NCBI RefSeq assembly: GCF_009914755.1
Contig: NC_060943.1
Reading direction: 5' to 3' (one strand)
DNA: 64,000 nucleotides
From: the human T2T-CHM13v2.0 reference genome, Homo sapiens
In this document: positions 35,306-54,117 of the stretch, piece after piece
How the letters are laid out: the number at the start of each line of letters is the position of its first letter
Numbering within the stretch: the stretch's first letter is position 1
The notes under the pieces: generated by a model
The model's input: only the letters and a program-made list of their open reading frames with translations
What the model was told of the DNA's origin: nothing
The model's database searches: none
Position numbers and translations under genes: made by a program

Positions 35306-36477
35306 TGAGACAGTCTCCCTCTGTTGCACAGGCTGTAATTCAATGGCTCGATCTCAGATCACTGCAACCTCCACCTCCTGGGTTCAAGTGATTCTCATGC
35401 CTCGGCCTCCCAAGTAGCTAGGTCTATAGGTGTGCAACACTGCGCCTTGCTAGTTTTTGTATTTTTAGTAGAGATGGACCAGGCTGATCCCAAACTTATG
35501 GTCTTAAGTGATCCACCTGCCTCGGCCACCCAAAGTGCTGGGATTACAGGCATTAGCCACTGTACCCAGCTGCATCGGTTTTTTTTACTGTAATTTGCAT
35601 TTTATTCATAGGGCTTAAAAGGTAAGAAAATATTTACAAAGGACAGAAAAGAGATGAGTTTCAAAAAATTGGTATTTAATAATATATTCCATTTATTAAT
35701 AATTCTCATTTACCTTTTTCTTTCCCAGAGTAAGCTTAGGAATTTTTTCAGATGTGTTTTTTATGGCTGAGTTATTTCAAACAAAATTCCAAGCCTTAGC
35801 TTTAAGAATGCTAGCTACCAGCTAAGCGCGGTGTCTCATGCCTGTAATCCCAGCACTTTGGGAGGATGAGGCAAGCATATCACGAGGCCGGCAGTTCAAG
35901 ACCAGCCTGTCCAAGATGGTGAAACACCATCTCTACTAAAAATATGAAAATTAGCCAGGCATGGTGGTGGGCGCCTCTAATCCCAGCTACCCTGGAGCTT
36001 GAGGCAGATAATTGCTTGAACCTGGGAGGCAGGGGTTGCAGTGAGCCGAGATCACGCCACTGCACTCCAGCCTGGGTGACAGAGTGAGACTCCATCCCCA
36101 TCTCAAAAAAAAAAAAAAAATTAGAGCAAATCTTTCTTTCATTTTGACTGTGGACAATGAATATATTTCCACAGGAAAATGTGGTAGATAATTTATGGGT
36201 TACATAGATTCGTCAAAACACCAGTTCCTCTTTTTGCAGGGTAAATTTGTGACAGTGAATATCTTAGTTCTATATCATGTTGCCTTGATTTCTTAGTTTA
36301 ATGCTAAATTATATATGATAAAACTTATGTACCTTCTACAAGTGTCCCCATATGACTAATTTTTTACAACACTATTTTTAATAGAAATAATAAAATAATA
36401 CATGTATTTTCTGAAAGAAGTAGACATATTTGCTTTTCTTATGGAGATACAAAATGCAGGCACCTTAGCCATTTTCA

Positions 36478-36834
<357 letters not shown>

Positions 36835-39800
36835 TTAGTTTCAAAATCAAGTGAATAACTCTGACATGGAAATTAAAGCTTTAACCTAGTGGCTTGAATC
36901 TAAGGCTAATATTAAGCCTGCAACAGAAGGTTATTAGAGGCAGAGTTAGATTTTTTTTTTTTTTTTTTTTTTGAGACAGAGTCTCACACTGTCGCCTCGG
37001 CTGGAGTGCAGTGCCAGGATCTCGGCTTACTGCAACCTCTGCCTCCTGGGTTCAAGAGATTATCCTGCCCCAGCCTTTTGAGTAGCTGGGATTACATGTG
37101 CCCGCCACCATACCTGGCTAATTTTTTAGTATTTTTAGTAGAGACAGGGTTTCACTATGTTGGCCAAGCTGGTCTCGAATGCCTGACCACGTGATCCACC
37201 CGCCTCAGCCTCCCAAACTGTTGGGATTACAGGCGTGAGCCACTGCGTCTGGCCAAAGGCCCAGTTACTTTTTTCTGGAAAGACTTCCCTGCAGATGTGT
37301 CAGCCTGCTCACCCCAGCCATTGAAGGAGCCGTTGTTCTGAGAGAAGCTACAGCGCCCTGGAAAGCTGGGGTCGCACAGGCAGATGCAGTTGAGGCTAAG
37401 ATGAAGGGAAACTGGGAGGGTCTTACTGATCATGAAGTTGTTATTGTTTTGAGGCACTTTCCAGATTTTGTAAAATAAAAATGTTAGATTTATGTAAAAA
37501 AAAGAATTCCAAAAAATTATTGCAACAGGAGAAAGCAATAACCAACTATAAGATCTTTATGGCTTGCAAAAATGTAGGCATAAAAGGACTTTCTTCCCTA
37601 GGGAGGAGCAAACAAGTTTAGAAAGGAGGTGGGAGGGAAATGGCAAATGGAGGATGAAAAAGTCAGATTTTGGATCAGAGAATGTCTTACCCTGAAATCA
37701 GCATGTTCTTAGGAGGGATGTAAAATAAGGTTGTATGTTGACTCAGGCTGAGGGTAGCTCAAAGTTCAGGAGCCTGAGGGAGTGAGATAACCCTAAGTAA
37801 AGTTTGATTAAAAAATATTTTATTTTAAGCTGGGCACGGTGGTTGACACCTGTAATCCCAGCACTTTGGGAGGCCGAGGCAGGCGGATCACCTGAGGTCA
37901 GGAGTTTGAGACCAGCCTGGCCAACATGGTGAAACCCTGTGTCTACTAAAAATACAAAAATGAGTCAGGCATCCTGGTGGGCACCTGTAATCCCAGCTAC
38001 TCGGGAGACTTGAGGCAGGAGAATTGCTTCAACCTGGGAGAAGGATGTTGCAGTGAGCCAAGACTGTGCCACTACACTCCAGTCTGAGCGACAGAACGAG
38101 ACTCCATCTCAAAAAATATATATATATATTGACCAGTGAAGACAAATTCAATTGATATTCTTAATGAGAAAAAGGAGAAACTGTGCAGAGTGTGTGTCTG
38201 GCTGTGTGATATGTAAGAAAAAGTCATAACAGGAAGAGTGTTTATTTCCATAAACTGTTCTTGGAGTACACAACAGATGGAGAATTTTATTAATCACAAA
38301 TATTTTCCAAGATTATCTATGTGTTTCATCTTTCCCCATCTCTTTGTTCTACACATTTCTTCCATTTGGCTTTTCCTGGGCTGCCTCTTATATATGAAAC
38401 TGGTAAACATTATTACAGTGTTTTTCTGAGTTCTGTGAGTAGCTTTACCAAATTATTGAACTTCAGGGAGGTTATGAAAGTACCCACTTTTTAAACAGTA
38501 GCTCAGAAGCATAAATGGGCCCATGGGGTTTGTGACTGGCATCTGCAGTAAGAACAATGTTGTGGGACTGAATCGCAGTCTGTGCTGACTTTGGGTAGTG
38601 TCAGAATTCAAACGTTTGACAATGAGTTGGTGTTGGAGAATTGTTTGATGTTCAGAAAACTCTACAGATTTGGTGCCAGAAAAAAGATATCATGGAGGCC
38701 TGGCCTGTAATAAAACTCTGGGTATTTGGGAATGGGAGGCTTTGCTCTCCTGTACACAGGCTGTCACACTGCCCATTGTCTTGTGATTCCTCCCAAGGTG
38801 ACAGAAGACTGAAAACTTAGAGGAAAGAGCTCTGATGACAGACCCCCTTTTCTTGCAGCTACCACCACAGGATTCCCACCTACTCCCAAACACACACACT
38901 AGACGTGACATGTCCACACTCCTCCCAGGACTAGGCACCATCCTCAGAAACTTCACCATGGCATTTTTGATCAAAGTGTTTCTTGCCAAAAAGCCACAAG
39001 TGTCTGCAAGTCTCCTTGCATATCCCCATCCCTGAACAATGAATCTGCAGCAGCAACCTGTTTTTTCCACCAGCCTAGGGTTCTGGACCTCCTGTTCATA
39101 ATCTCATCTGCCTGCATGCACACAGAAATGAATCAGAATACAGCCCCACCTGGGCCACTATCTGTAGCAAAAAATTATTCCTTTCACCTACATTACACTC
39201 TGTCCCACCCAGGGACATTTTTTTTCTTTTAGCTTTTATTTTTTGTTTGAGGTACACACGTGGGTTTGTTAAACAGCTAAAATTATGTCACAGGGGTTTG
39301 GTGTGCAGATTATTTTGTCACTGAGGTACTAAGCATAGCACCAAACACGTATATTTTCTGATCCTCTGAGTCCTCCCACCCTCCGCCCTTAACTAGGCTC
39401 CAGTGTCTTGTTTTTCTCCTCTTTGTATTCATGTGTTCTTATTACTTAGCTCTTACTTACAAATAGTAACATGAATTTGGTTTTCTGTTTCTGCAGTAGT
39501 TTTCTTTTTTTGTTGTTTTTTGTTTTGTTTTGTCTTGAGTAGGAGTTTTGCTCTTTTTGCCCAGGCTGGCGTGCAATGGTATGATCTCGGTTCACCGCAA
39601 CCTTCGTTTTCTGGATTCAGGCTAGTCCATTGCCTCAGCCTCCCAAGTAGCTGGGATTACAGGCGGGCAACACCATGTGTGGCTAATTTTGTATTTTTAG
39701 TAGAGATGGGGTTTCTCCATGTTGATCAGGCTGGTCTCAAACTCCCAACCTCAGGTGATCCACCCGCCTTGGCCTCCCAAATTGCTGGGATTACAGGTGT

Positions 39801-41707
39801 GAGCCACAGTGCCCGGCCTCTGCATTAGTTTTCTAAGCATAATGGTCTCCAGCTTCATCAATGTTATTGCAAAGGACATGATCATTTTTTAAATGGCCAC
39901 AGAGTATTCCATGATGCTTATGTACCATATTTTGTTTTTACTAAATCTTTTATTTTATTTTATTTTTGGAGACAGGCTTATTGCCCAGGCTAGAGTGCTA
40001 TGGCATGATATTTGCTTACTTCAGTCTCAACCTCCCAGGCTCAAGCAATTCTGTAGCCCTCATCCTTCTAAGTAACTGGGACTACACGTGTGCGTTACCA
40101 CACCTGGCCGATTTTTCATTTTGTTTTCCGTGGAGACAGGATTTTGCCATGTTGACCAGGCTGGTCTCAAACTTCTAAACTCAGGCAATCCAGCTGCCTC
40201 AGCCTCCCAAAGTGCTGGGATTACAAGCATGAGCCACCGCATCTGACCATACCATATTTTCTTTATCTTGTCTACCATTGATAGGCATTTAGGGCCTGTC
40301 CTTGTCTTTGCTATTGTGAATAGTTCTGCAGTGAACATGCATGTGGATGTGTCTTGATAATATAATAATTTATATTTCTTTGGATATATACCCAATTATG
40401 AGGTTCCTGGGTCAATTGATAATTCTGTTTTTAGTTATGTGAGGAATCACCACACTGCTTTTTATAGTTGTTGAACTAATTTACACTCCCACCAGCAGAG
40501 TATAAGCATTCCCTTTTCTCTGCAAATTTGCCAGCATCTGTTACTTTTTGACTTTTAAAAAATAGCCATCCTGATGGGTTTGTAGTGTTCTGACCAGTGT
40601 GATGTGGCATCTCATTGTGGTTTCTCTTTTAATTTCTCTAATGATTAGCGATGAGCATTTTTTTTCATTTGCTTGTTAGCCACATGTATGTCTTCTTTTG
40701 AACAGCATCTGTTCATATTTTTTCCCTCTTTTTAATGAGATTGTTTGGTTTTTTCTTGTAAACTTGTTTAAGTTCTTAAGAAATTTTGATTATTAGACCT
40801 TTGTCAGGCAAAGTTTGCAAATATTTTCTTTTATTCTCTAGGTTGTCTGTTTACTCTGTTGATAGTTTCTTTTGCTGTGAAGAAGCTCTTTAGTTTAAAT
40901 AGGTCCCATTTGTCAATTTTTGCTTTTGTGGCAATTACTTTCGGTAGCTTCATCATGAAGTCTTTGCCAGTTTCTATATCTAGAATGGTATTTCCCAGGT
41001 TATCTTGCAGGGTTTATTATAATTTTAAGTTTTTCTTTTCAGTCTTTATCTTGAGTTGATTTTTTTATATGGTGTAATGAAGGGGTCCAGTTTCTGTCTT
41101 CTACATAGTGCTAGGTAGTTATTCCAGCATCATTTATTAAAGAGAGAATTTTTCCCACATTCTTCTTGTCAGTTTCGTCAAAAATCTGATGGGTGTAGGA
41201 GGGTGATATTATTTCTGGGCTCTCTATTCTGTTGCGTTGGTCTTGGGCACTCATGGATTTTTTATAACATCTTTCTCTCTTCTGCTTTTTCTCCCATAAA
41301 CATTCTTTCAAGCGCATCTAGTGTGCAAAATTCAGATGTTCAAGAGTTCAAAAACTCTTTAAAAAGTTCCAAAAAATATTTTGCTATTCCCTCTTTTCTT
41401 AAGGGAATTAGATTATTTGTAGATGTTTTTCTCTGCTTTTTTGAAATACAGGTAAATCATATTAACAGCTGAATAAAGCTTTTGTCAGATAATCTGACTC
41501 CAGATTATCTTTCTCTAGTACTTCAGATTTATTGCTTTGTTTTTGCTTCTCGAAAATTTATTTTTTTTCATTTTTAGTCCTCTAAAGTAGACACAGATTT
41601 GTTTGGATAAGAGCTAATTTTAAGAGCACACAGAAACTTAACACAAAAATAGGAATAAATTTAGCAATACAGAATGATAAAGACTAAAAGACACTAAGTA
41701 TCTTTGA

Positions 41708-42082
<375 letters not shown>

Positions 42083-43119
42083 TAGTAGAGATGGGGTCTC
42101 ACCATGTTAGCCAGCTTGATCTTGAACTCCTGACCGCAGGTGACCCACCCGCCTCACTCTTCCAAAATGTTGGAATTACAGGTGTGAGACATAAACAGCA
42201 TTGTCTACAATCGTATGAAGATAAAGCTGAAATACTTACTTTGAATGAATCATTTAAATGGTTATTTTAGTATTTTTTTATACTTTTGAAATATAAAGTG
42301 TTTTAACTGAAATATATTTGTAATTTTTAAAAATGCTACATACATTATGACTAGTTCATTAAAATTATTCATACTTAGATATCAAATATCCAAAGAAAAT
42401 TACTATGAAATTGTTACAGTAAGTAGATATTCGTCTGAAATGTTTATAACTTTATTCAATAGGGATAATTATAAGTAAACACAATTTAAGTATCTTTTAT
42501 TTCACTAAATTTGTATGCTACTGTTACAGGGCAAATAAAGACAGGTGATATGGCCCCTGAGAAATTGCTAGAGTCTGTGGCACAGGAGGGCACCTGAGAA
42601 CAGGAAAGGAGAAACTTATATTTTTATCTTCATGGAGCAGCTCATTTTTCCTGAATCTCTTCTGTTTTAAAGGACAGAAATGAGTGGACATTTTCTGTCT
42701 TTGTTTTTCTTCCAGTTGATGTTATGATAGCAGGTAAACATGTGGTACTGACATCTTTAAAGGCATATTCTCAAGATGCAGGTGTAATTTGTCCAGAGAA
42801 TCTCAACTGAGAATAAATTCCAGAGAAGGAGGAGAAAGAAAAAAAGTGGCTTTCCTTCAGGTAAACATGTGTCAGATGAAGAGCTGTGTCAACTTTTCCT
42901 CTTGGACTGCCATGCGTTTAATACTCACAAACCTTTACTTCTCTACTTGTGTTTTTCCTCCCTAATGAGTTTGGTTTAACTACTTCTTTAAATTCTTATG
43001 ATAGTCAAGGGTTTCTGAAAAATATTTCTTTCCTATATTCCAGAGCCTTCTCTACATTCTCTTCATCATAGCTTCTTATATGCCATGCAGAATTCTCAGC
43101 AAGAATTTATGATCCACAA

Positions 43120-43710
43120 TGTAGGATACGTAAATTTATCTTCAAAGGTTTTAGCTTGTTAACTTTAAAATCCAAAAGGTGAAGATCATTAAGTACAATG
43201 AGTTCTGAGGTCCTCTTCAAAGAATCAATATGTCAGTATGTTCTGCTTTCCTGTTGTTTATTCTCCATTTTAAAGTTTAACTTCCTCAATCTTTATGTTC
43301 CTTGCTCCTAGTTTAGTAAACAACCCCCTTCTAACTCACATATTTAGAGTTTTTAGTCATCCCTCATCACCTGCTGTATCCTGAGTCACCCCAGTCACCT
43401 GCCTTGTAACTCTCCTTTCTGCCAAAACTACTCACCATGCCACTCTGGCTTGTACCCTTGGTCCCTTTAAAATAGCCTATCAAAATTAGCTTAAACTGTG
43501 TGGTCCAACCCTACCCAATAGGGGAAACACACAGAAGTAGGGACTAGCCGCCTTAGGGATAAGACCCCCTTCTCCTCCCTTGTCCAAAAGTACTCTCACC
43601 ATTGTTCCATCCACGAGATGCTGCCTTCTATAGAAGTAAATTTGCCTTGCTGAGACGTTCTCTGTTTGAGTGCTTGTTTTCTGTTTGACTCTGAGCAATT
43701 GTTTCCAACA
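43120..43710 (+). mobile_element. Solo LTR10-family LTR (LTR10C-like, HERV-I)
   Basis: TG...CA; atgagttctgaggtcctcttcaaagaatcaatatgtcagtatgttc; AP-1 motif tgagtca at ~43382; 5-bp TSD cacaa/tgcaa; empty site in ZNF626 at ~16642-16646. Confidence 0.85.
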
Positions 43711-44116
43711 TGCAATATCAAAAATGTTCCCTTTGTGGCTGTTGAACATGGAAAGAAGTAGATACTCAAGATTCCTATTAGGAAAAACTGTGGTCCTTAG
43801 TAAAGATGGAGAACATGTAATGTTGAGGCTCCATCTGTGTGTTCCATTAGCTCTGTGCAGAACAGGATTAAGAAAATGCTTATTTAAATGAGATGGAATT
43901 TATTACCCAGAAAGATCTGAAAAAACTTATTAAGAGATACCTGCTCTCTAGGGTGCTAAATGAAGCCTACTTAAAATTGCTACTAAAAATTACAGAACAT
44001 AGGAGTAATCTGTACTTTGAAGTTGACATAACACATGTTTCTTCATGGTTAAATTCAGATTTTATTTACTTTTTTGGGAGGAATATTTCAACAGTGATGC
44101 TGTGTTCTTGTGCGTG

Positions 44117-44128
44117 TGGTCTTCCTTG
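44117..44128 (+). pseudogene. Last 12 nt of the deleted KRAB-A exon with an intact donor
   Basis: tggtcttccttg|gtgagtataac is fused to intron-1 sequence homologous to ~15615. Confidence 0.88.
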
Positions 44129-44597
44129 GTGAGTATAACTTGAATACATAATTCATAATATACCCTAAAGGTTTTATTTCTCTTTTTTTCTAGAATATTT
44201 TTTACTAATTTATTCTTTGCATAGAAGAGTTTTGGATGCCTTTCTCCAGAAAATGTTCAGAATTTGTTCATTTAGAAAACAATTTCTTCAAGAATTTTTA
44301 TCTTAATCCAAACTTTTGACATTCCTAAGATGAGTTGTATTCTTAACCCTGAATTAGTGGTAATTCCAGCAGTTTAGTGGCATAAAATACTGATACCCCC
44401 ACCTGAAAATCTCATTGCCATCACCAATTTTTGATTCAGTAGTACCAGGTAGTAAAATTTAAAAACCTACAAGGAGGGTCAGGTGCGGTGGCTCATTCCT
44501 GTAATCCCAGCACTTTGGGAGGTTTAGGCATGTGGATTGCCTAAGGTCAGGAGTTCGAGACTAGCTTGACCAACATGGAGAAACTCTGTCTCTACTA

Positions 44598-44756
<159 letters not shown>

Positions 44757-44860
44757 TCAAAAAAAAAAAAAAAAACAAAAAGAAACCTACAAGTTGAAAG
44801 TATTTTCTATATATTTAGAAGTTTCTGTTATAACTTAGTATTTTGGTAATAATTTACTAG

Positions 44861-46336
<1,476 letters not shown>

Positions 46337-46406
46337 TAATTTACTAGAATATTTTATCACATCCTCTCTGCTGAACACATTACTAGCTTGTAATTGGAGA
46401 ATATGA

Positions 46407-46547
<141 letters not shown>

Positions 46548-46763
46548 TGAAAATGAATACAACAGATGACACAGATTAGAGATCCCAAGGTCAAAGAGAA
46601 AGCCAGTCCTTAGAATGTGATTTGGGAAGCTGTGTTCCAAAGGAAATAGTTCCTGGGCATCTGTTCTATTGTTTGTTTGTTTGTTTTTTAAATTTTATTC
46701 TCACAAAGGGGTATCTTCTGTCTTGTGCTTTTAAATTCTCTACAAATTCCACTTTTCTTTCCG

Positions 46764-46816
46764 TGAGCTTCCTTCAAGTTCACAGTGAGAGCCAAAGTCC
46801 ACTTCAGGGCATATAA
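46764..46816 (+). pseudogene. Homolog of the KRAB-only terminal exon, lacking an AG acceptor
   Basis: ttttctttcCG|tgagcttccttcaag..., encoding SFLQVHSESQSPLQGI*. Confidence 0.8.
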
Positions 46817-49800
46817 GAGACTGCACAATCTGGCTGCTTTTCTATTGTTTTGGGGACACACAACTATCTGCATGATTTTGAGAAACTAAAAGTTTTTAAA
46901 GTTTTTTTTTGCATCAGATTTGAAATGTGTGGGAGTAGTTGTTTCTGTTGAATATTCTTGTTCATTTTTCTGCCCAGCCCATTCTGTTTTTATTACTATA
47001 TAGCCTTGAAATATAGTTTGAAATTATAAGTATGATATTTTTCTGCTTTGTTCTTTTTTCTCAAGATTGCTTTGGCTATTCAAAGTTTATTTTAGTTTCA
47101 TGTAAATTTTAGAATTGTATTTTCCGTTACTGTGAAAAAAATACCACTGCAATTTTGATAGGAAATTTATTGAATCTATAGATCACTTTGGATAATATGG
47201 CACTTTAATAATATTTATTCTTTCAATCTGTAGACACAAAATATTTTAAAATTTATTTAGATCTTCTCTAATTTTTTCATTGTTTTTTTTTATTGTGAAG
47301 ATTTTTACCTCCTTGGTTAATTTTTTCTCACAAATTTATTATTTAATGCTATAGTAAATAAGATTTGTTTCATCTTCTATTTTATCTGGTAGTTGAAGTT
47401 TCTGAAACCATATATATACTTGCATGTTAATTTTATATTTTGCTAATTTATGAGTGTATTTATTAGTTTATGTAGCTTTTAATGTTCTGTGATGGTTTTT
47501 CTAAAATATAAGATTGTATGATCTACAAACAGCAACTTTTTACTTATTTTTCTTTCATTTCAATGGATTTTTTTGTTTCTTTGAGTAATTCTTCTGCCAC
47601 ATACTTCCAGTTCTACATTAAAATAGAAGTATTGACCATGGACACAATATAGTTTTGTATTGGTGTCTGAATTTGATGGAGCAAACACCTCTTCAAGTTT
47701 TCATGAACTGATTTTAGAAGGTAAGGATCTTTCTTTGGGCCCTTGGGGTTATGAGATGCCCTCTGAATTTGTAGTGAAGAGGGGTTGTAGCTTGGTCACA
47801 AGGCCGCTGGGTCTGCACTAGGGTCCACCTTTAGTTGGCTTGTTACAGGGGCTTGGGTAGTCATAATTCTCATTTTGTTTTGGACACGCTGCAAATTTTT
47901 CAGGACTTTGCTCCATGGGGCAGACACTAGGGCATGTTTTTGCAGTTGGGTCTGCATATGGTGGGCCTTATATCAGGACATGGATGAGTATGGCTTTCAC
48001 TGAGTACCAGAGAGCATTTCCTCATGTAACTGTTTGGGTTTCTATGTAGGCAAAACTGGCCATGAACTGTGGCTCAGGTACTGAAACTGAGCCATTGAAC
48101 GACTTCAGGGACCACAGCAAAGGCCAAGGTCTACAAGTCTGCCTGCATGGCTGTAAATGGGTATCTTCCTTCAGGTCTCTGGAATGGCAGGACCTCTCCC
48201 AGACTGTGGCTGGGAGGAGTTTGGGATGGTTACAGAGTTAAGTTCAGAATTCTCAGTGGGATCAAGTTGGGTGAACCCTATCCTGGTCTGTAGCCAAAAA
48301 CAGGGGTCCTGTAGTTTCCCACCTGAATGACATCCTGCCTTCTTAATAGAACACTTCTCAATCTTAAGCTTTAGTAGTGTTTCACAACTCCCTCCTGGGA
48401 TCTCAAATCTCTCTTCGAGGCACTTATTTTGGAGATGGCATCTTGCTGCTTAACCCAGGCTGGTCTTGAAATCCTGGCCTGAAGCAGTTCTCCAACCTTA
48501 ATGTACCATGTAGCTGTCATTACAGGTGTGAGCCATAATGCCTGGTTTCTCATAAAGGCATTTTTGTCAGGGATGGCTGACTTTTTTTTTTGCTGTGAGG
48601 GGATATGAAAATAGGGCACTTTTAATCTTTTTATCTTACTGATGTCACTCTCCCTACACATTTTTACTTTCTATTTTCTCTTTCAGATTTGCCTGTAATT
48701 TTAGATTCAGATATTTAGGACAATATGCTAGAATTTGATGGTATTCCTGAAGTAAATTAGATAATTAGTAAGCACTCCATATTTACTCAGTTATTTGTAA
48801 ATTTAAGTTTGCCACAGGCAAAAAGGAATTATAGTATTTTCATCTACTTTCTTCAGCTTACATCTACATAATAAAATAGTTTATTTCCTAATATTTGTTT
48901 CACATATCAGAGGGTCTCACTTTATTCTGCAAAATATATATGTGTATATTTTCTATATTTAACAATGTAAGGCTGTTTTTGCTTCTAAAGTTAGATTACA
49001 GCAGTTTCATTTTGTGTAAGAATAGCATATATTTAAAACATAAAAAATAACATTGGTTTATTTTAAATGCTTATTTATTAAAAGTTTCTCATCGTGTTAC
49101 CCAGACTGGTCTCAGGATTTTGGCCCCAATGGATCCTCTTATCTTGATCTCCCAAAGTGTTAGGATTATAGGCAACAGCCACTGCACTCAGTCAGTATTT
49201 TTAAATTTAATAAAATTTGGTGTGTGTCCTAACAGAATACACCAGATGCAGATAAGAATATTGTACATTATCCTGGTTTTGACTGGAAAGTTTTGTATGT
49301 GTCTGTGAAGCCTAGTTGGTCTATTACATGGTTTGGATGTTCATGTTATCCAAAGCTCATGCTGCAATATAAATCCTCAATGTTGGATGAAGGACCTGAT
49401 GGGACATGTTTTTGTATGGGGGCATATTTCTCATGAATGGCTTGGTACATCCTCTTGGTAACCAAAAAGTTTACACTCTATTAATTCAAATGAGAGCTGG
49501 TTCATTACATGAACCTGGCTCCTTCACCTCACACTTGCTCAGTCTCTTATCATATAATATGTCCAGTTACTGTTTACATTCCACCATGACGGTAAGTTTC
49601 CTGAGACCCACACCAAAAGCAGATGCTGGCACACACTTCTTATACAGTCTGCCAAACTGTGAGCCAAATAAACTTTTTTTCTTTGTAAATTATGCACTCT
49701 CAAGAATTTCTGTATATGCAAAATAATTAATACAGTCTATAATGTTGCCCAGGTTTTCTGTTTCTTATTTTTTATTTGAATTTTCTATTTATTATTGCAA

Positions 49801-50159
49801 ATGGAGTCTTGATGTCTACAATTATTATGTTACTATGTATGTCTTGCTTCACTTTTGTCAATATTTGCTTTATTTATTTTGGAGCTCTGATGTTATATAC
49901 ACACATTCATATAGATAAATAAATATTATAGTTAAAGATTCCTGGTAAATCAGCTCACTTTACCGTAATATATTATCAATTTTTGTCTCATGGTAGTACT
50001 TGACTTAAAGCATAATATGTCTAATATAATTATGATCACTTCACTCACTTGTGGTTACTATTTTCATGGAATATACATCTTTTTCATTCGGTTACTTTCA
50101 GCCTATTTGACTGAATGCTAAAATGAGTCTCTTGTAGGCAGCATACTGTATGCTTTTTA

Positions 50160-50345
<186 letters not shown>

Positions 50346-50348
50346 TCA

Positions 50349-50447
<99 letters not shown>

Positions 50448-50528
50448 TCAGTCTCAAGAAAAAAAAAAAAACCACTCAGGCATCCTATATCATTTTCTTT
50501 ATATTATTTATTTATTTATTTATTTTAA

Positions 50529-51308
<780 letters not shown>

Positions 51309-52111
51309 GTTTTAGTAGAGACGGGGTTTTACCATGATGGCTAGGCTTGTCTTGAACTCCCGACTTCAGGTAATCTGCCCACCTTGGCCTCCCAAAGTGC
51401 TGGGATTACAGGTGTGAGCCACTGTGCCCGGCCTCATTTATTTTTGAGATATGATCTCAGTCTGTCAACCAGGCTGATTTGCGTGGTTCACTGCTGCCTG
51501 AACCTCCCAAACTCAGATGATCTTCTCATTTTAGCCTCTCAAGTAGCTGGGTTACAAGTATGTGCCATCACACACAGGTAGCTTTTTTGTATTTTTAGTA
51601 GAGACTGAGTTTTCCCATGTTGCCCAGGCTGGTCTTGAACTCCTGGGATCAAGTGATCAGCCTACCTTGGTCTTCTAAAGTCCTAAGATTACATTTTATT
51701 TTATTAAGTAGTTTAATTAATTTATATTTAAAATGATTGCTTAAAGAAATGAAGTTGTTATTACCAGTTATATTTATGGTTTTATGTGTTTCCAGTAGTT
51801 ATATTTTTCTCATTTCCTATTTTACTTTCTTAATTTTTATTTAATTTTGTACTCACATGCTTTATTTTTTATTGTCTTTTGCATACTTTCTATAAATATT
51901 TTCTTTCTAATCATCTGAAAACTGGAGATTGCATGCATCTTAAAGTTAAAACAATATGTTTTAATTTCATAAAAACTTCAACTGAATACAAAAACTATGC
52001 CTCTATATTTTCCAGTTTGTTATTGATATATAAATTATTTTATATGGTGTATCTATTAACAGATGCACGCAGATTTACACATTGTTTTTATATTCTATAA
52101 AAGCACTTTAA

Positions 52112-52333
<222 letters not shown>

Positions 52334-53958
52334 TAGTATAGATGGGGTTTCACCATGTTGGCCAGGCTGGTCTTGAACTCCTGACCTCAGGTGATTAGCC
52401 CACCTCAGCCTCTTAAAGTGCTGAAATTACAGATGTGAGCCACCATTCCCAGTGTGGCTGGGATTTACCATCATTTTGATAGTAAAGAATTCTATATGTG
52501 TCCATATATTTACATTTATTGGAGAGCTTTATATTTACATATGTTTTTATGATGCTGTCCAGCACCATTTTATGTTTCTACATAACGGACACATTTTAAC
52601 ATTTCTCTGTTTTTATATGTAGGGTCTCATTATGTTGCTCAGGCTGGTCTTGAACTTCTGGTCTCAAGTGATGTGATTGCTTTGGCCTCCCAAAGCTGTA
52701 GAATTACAGGCATGAAGCACTGTGCCTGAGCCCCGTGCAGTATTTTTTTTTTACTTTTTTTTTTTTGAGACCGAGTCTCCCTCTGTCACCCAGGCCTGGG
52801 GTGCAGTGGCATGATCTTGGCTCACTGCAACCTCCGCCTCCCAGGTGCAAGCAAATCTCCTGCCTCAGATTCCATCCCGAGTAGCTGGGGTTACAGGTGC
52901 ATGCCACCATGCTGGGCTAATTTTTATTATTATTATTATTTTTAGTAGACATGGGGTTTCAACATGTTGGCCAGGCTTATCTCGAACTTCTGACCTTTGA
53001 TGATCCAACTGCCTTGGCCTCCCAAAGTGCTGGGATTACAGGCTTGAGCCATCTCACCTGGCACTTTTTTTTTTTTTTTTTGAGATGGAGTCTTGCTCTG
53101 TCGCCCAGGCTGGAGTGCAATGGCATGATTTTGGCTCACTGCAACTTCCGCCTCTTGGGTTCAAGTGATTCTCCTGCCTCAGCCTCCTGAGTAGCTGGGA
53201 CTACAGGTGTGCACCACCACGCCCAGCTAATTTTTGCATGTTTAGTAGGGACGCAGTTTCACCGTATTGTTCAGGCTGGTCTTGAACTCCCGATCTCAGG
53301 CAATTCACCCACCTCGGCCTCTGAAACTGCTGGGATTACAGGCGTGAGCCAGTGTGCCCAGCCCCATGTAGTATATTTTGTAGAACTGTTAGTGGTGATG
53401 AACAGTCTCACCTTTTATTTTGGAAAGTCTTTATTTTTGTCTTCTTATTGAAGTAGTGTAATTTTGAATTGAGTTTTACTGGTTAGAAATTTTTTTTTGT
53501 TACATTAAAATTTGGGAAGTTCTCAGCTTTTTTTTTTTTTTAATCTTCAAGTAATGTCTGTATTACTTTTTCTCTATATTCTAAGATTCCTTTCATGAAT
53601 ACATTGATCTGCTTGATGGTATCCAATAAGTTTTACATTCCATGTGTTAATTTTGTTTTGTGATTTTATATTATTGTGTTATATATTTTTGGGTATGCCA
53701 CATCACAGCAGTTAGTTGTGTTTTGATTTTTTAGTTTATATTATAATTGTATATGACAATATTTAACTCTGTACAATTTAAGACAGTGTGGAGCAAAATT
53801 AAATGTGAATAAGCTGTATGTCTATTACCAGTATAATTATTTCTATGTTTGTTGGCCTGTATAAATTTTATCCTGGTATTTTTGTGTCACTTGTATATTT
53901 GTTGTGTGTTTCTTGTAGTAGGTTTTTTGGAGTTTTTTGTTGTTGTTTGTTTGTTTGA

Positions 53959-54117
<159 letters not shown>

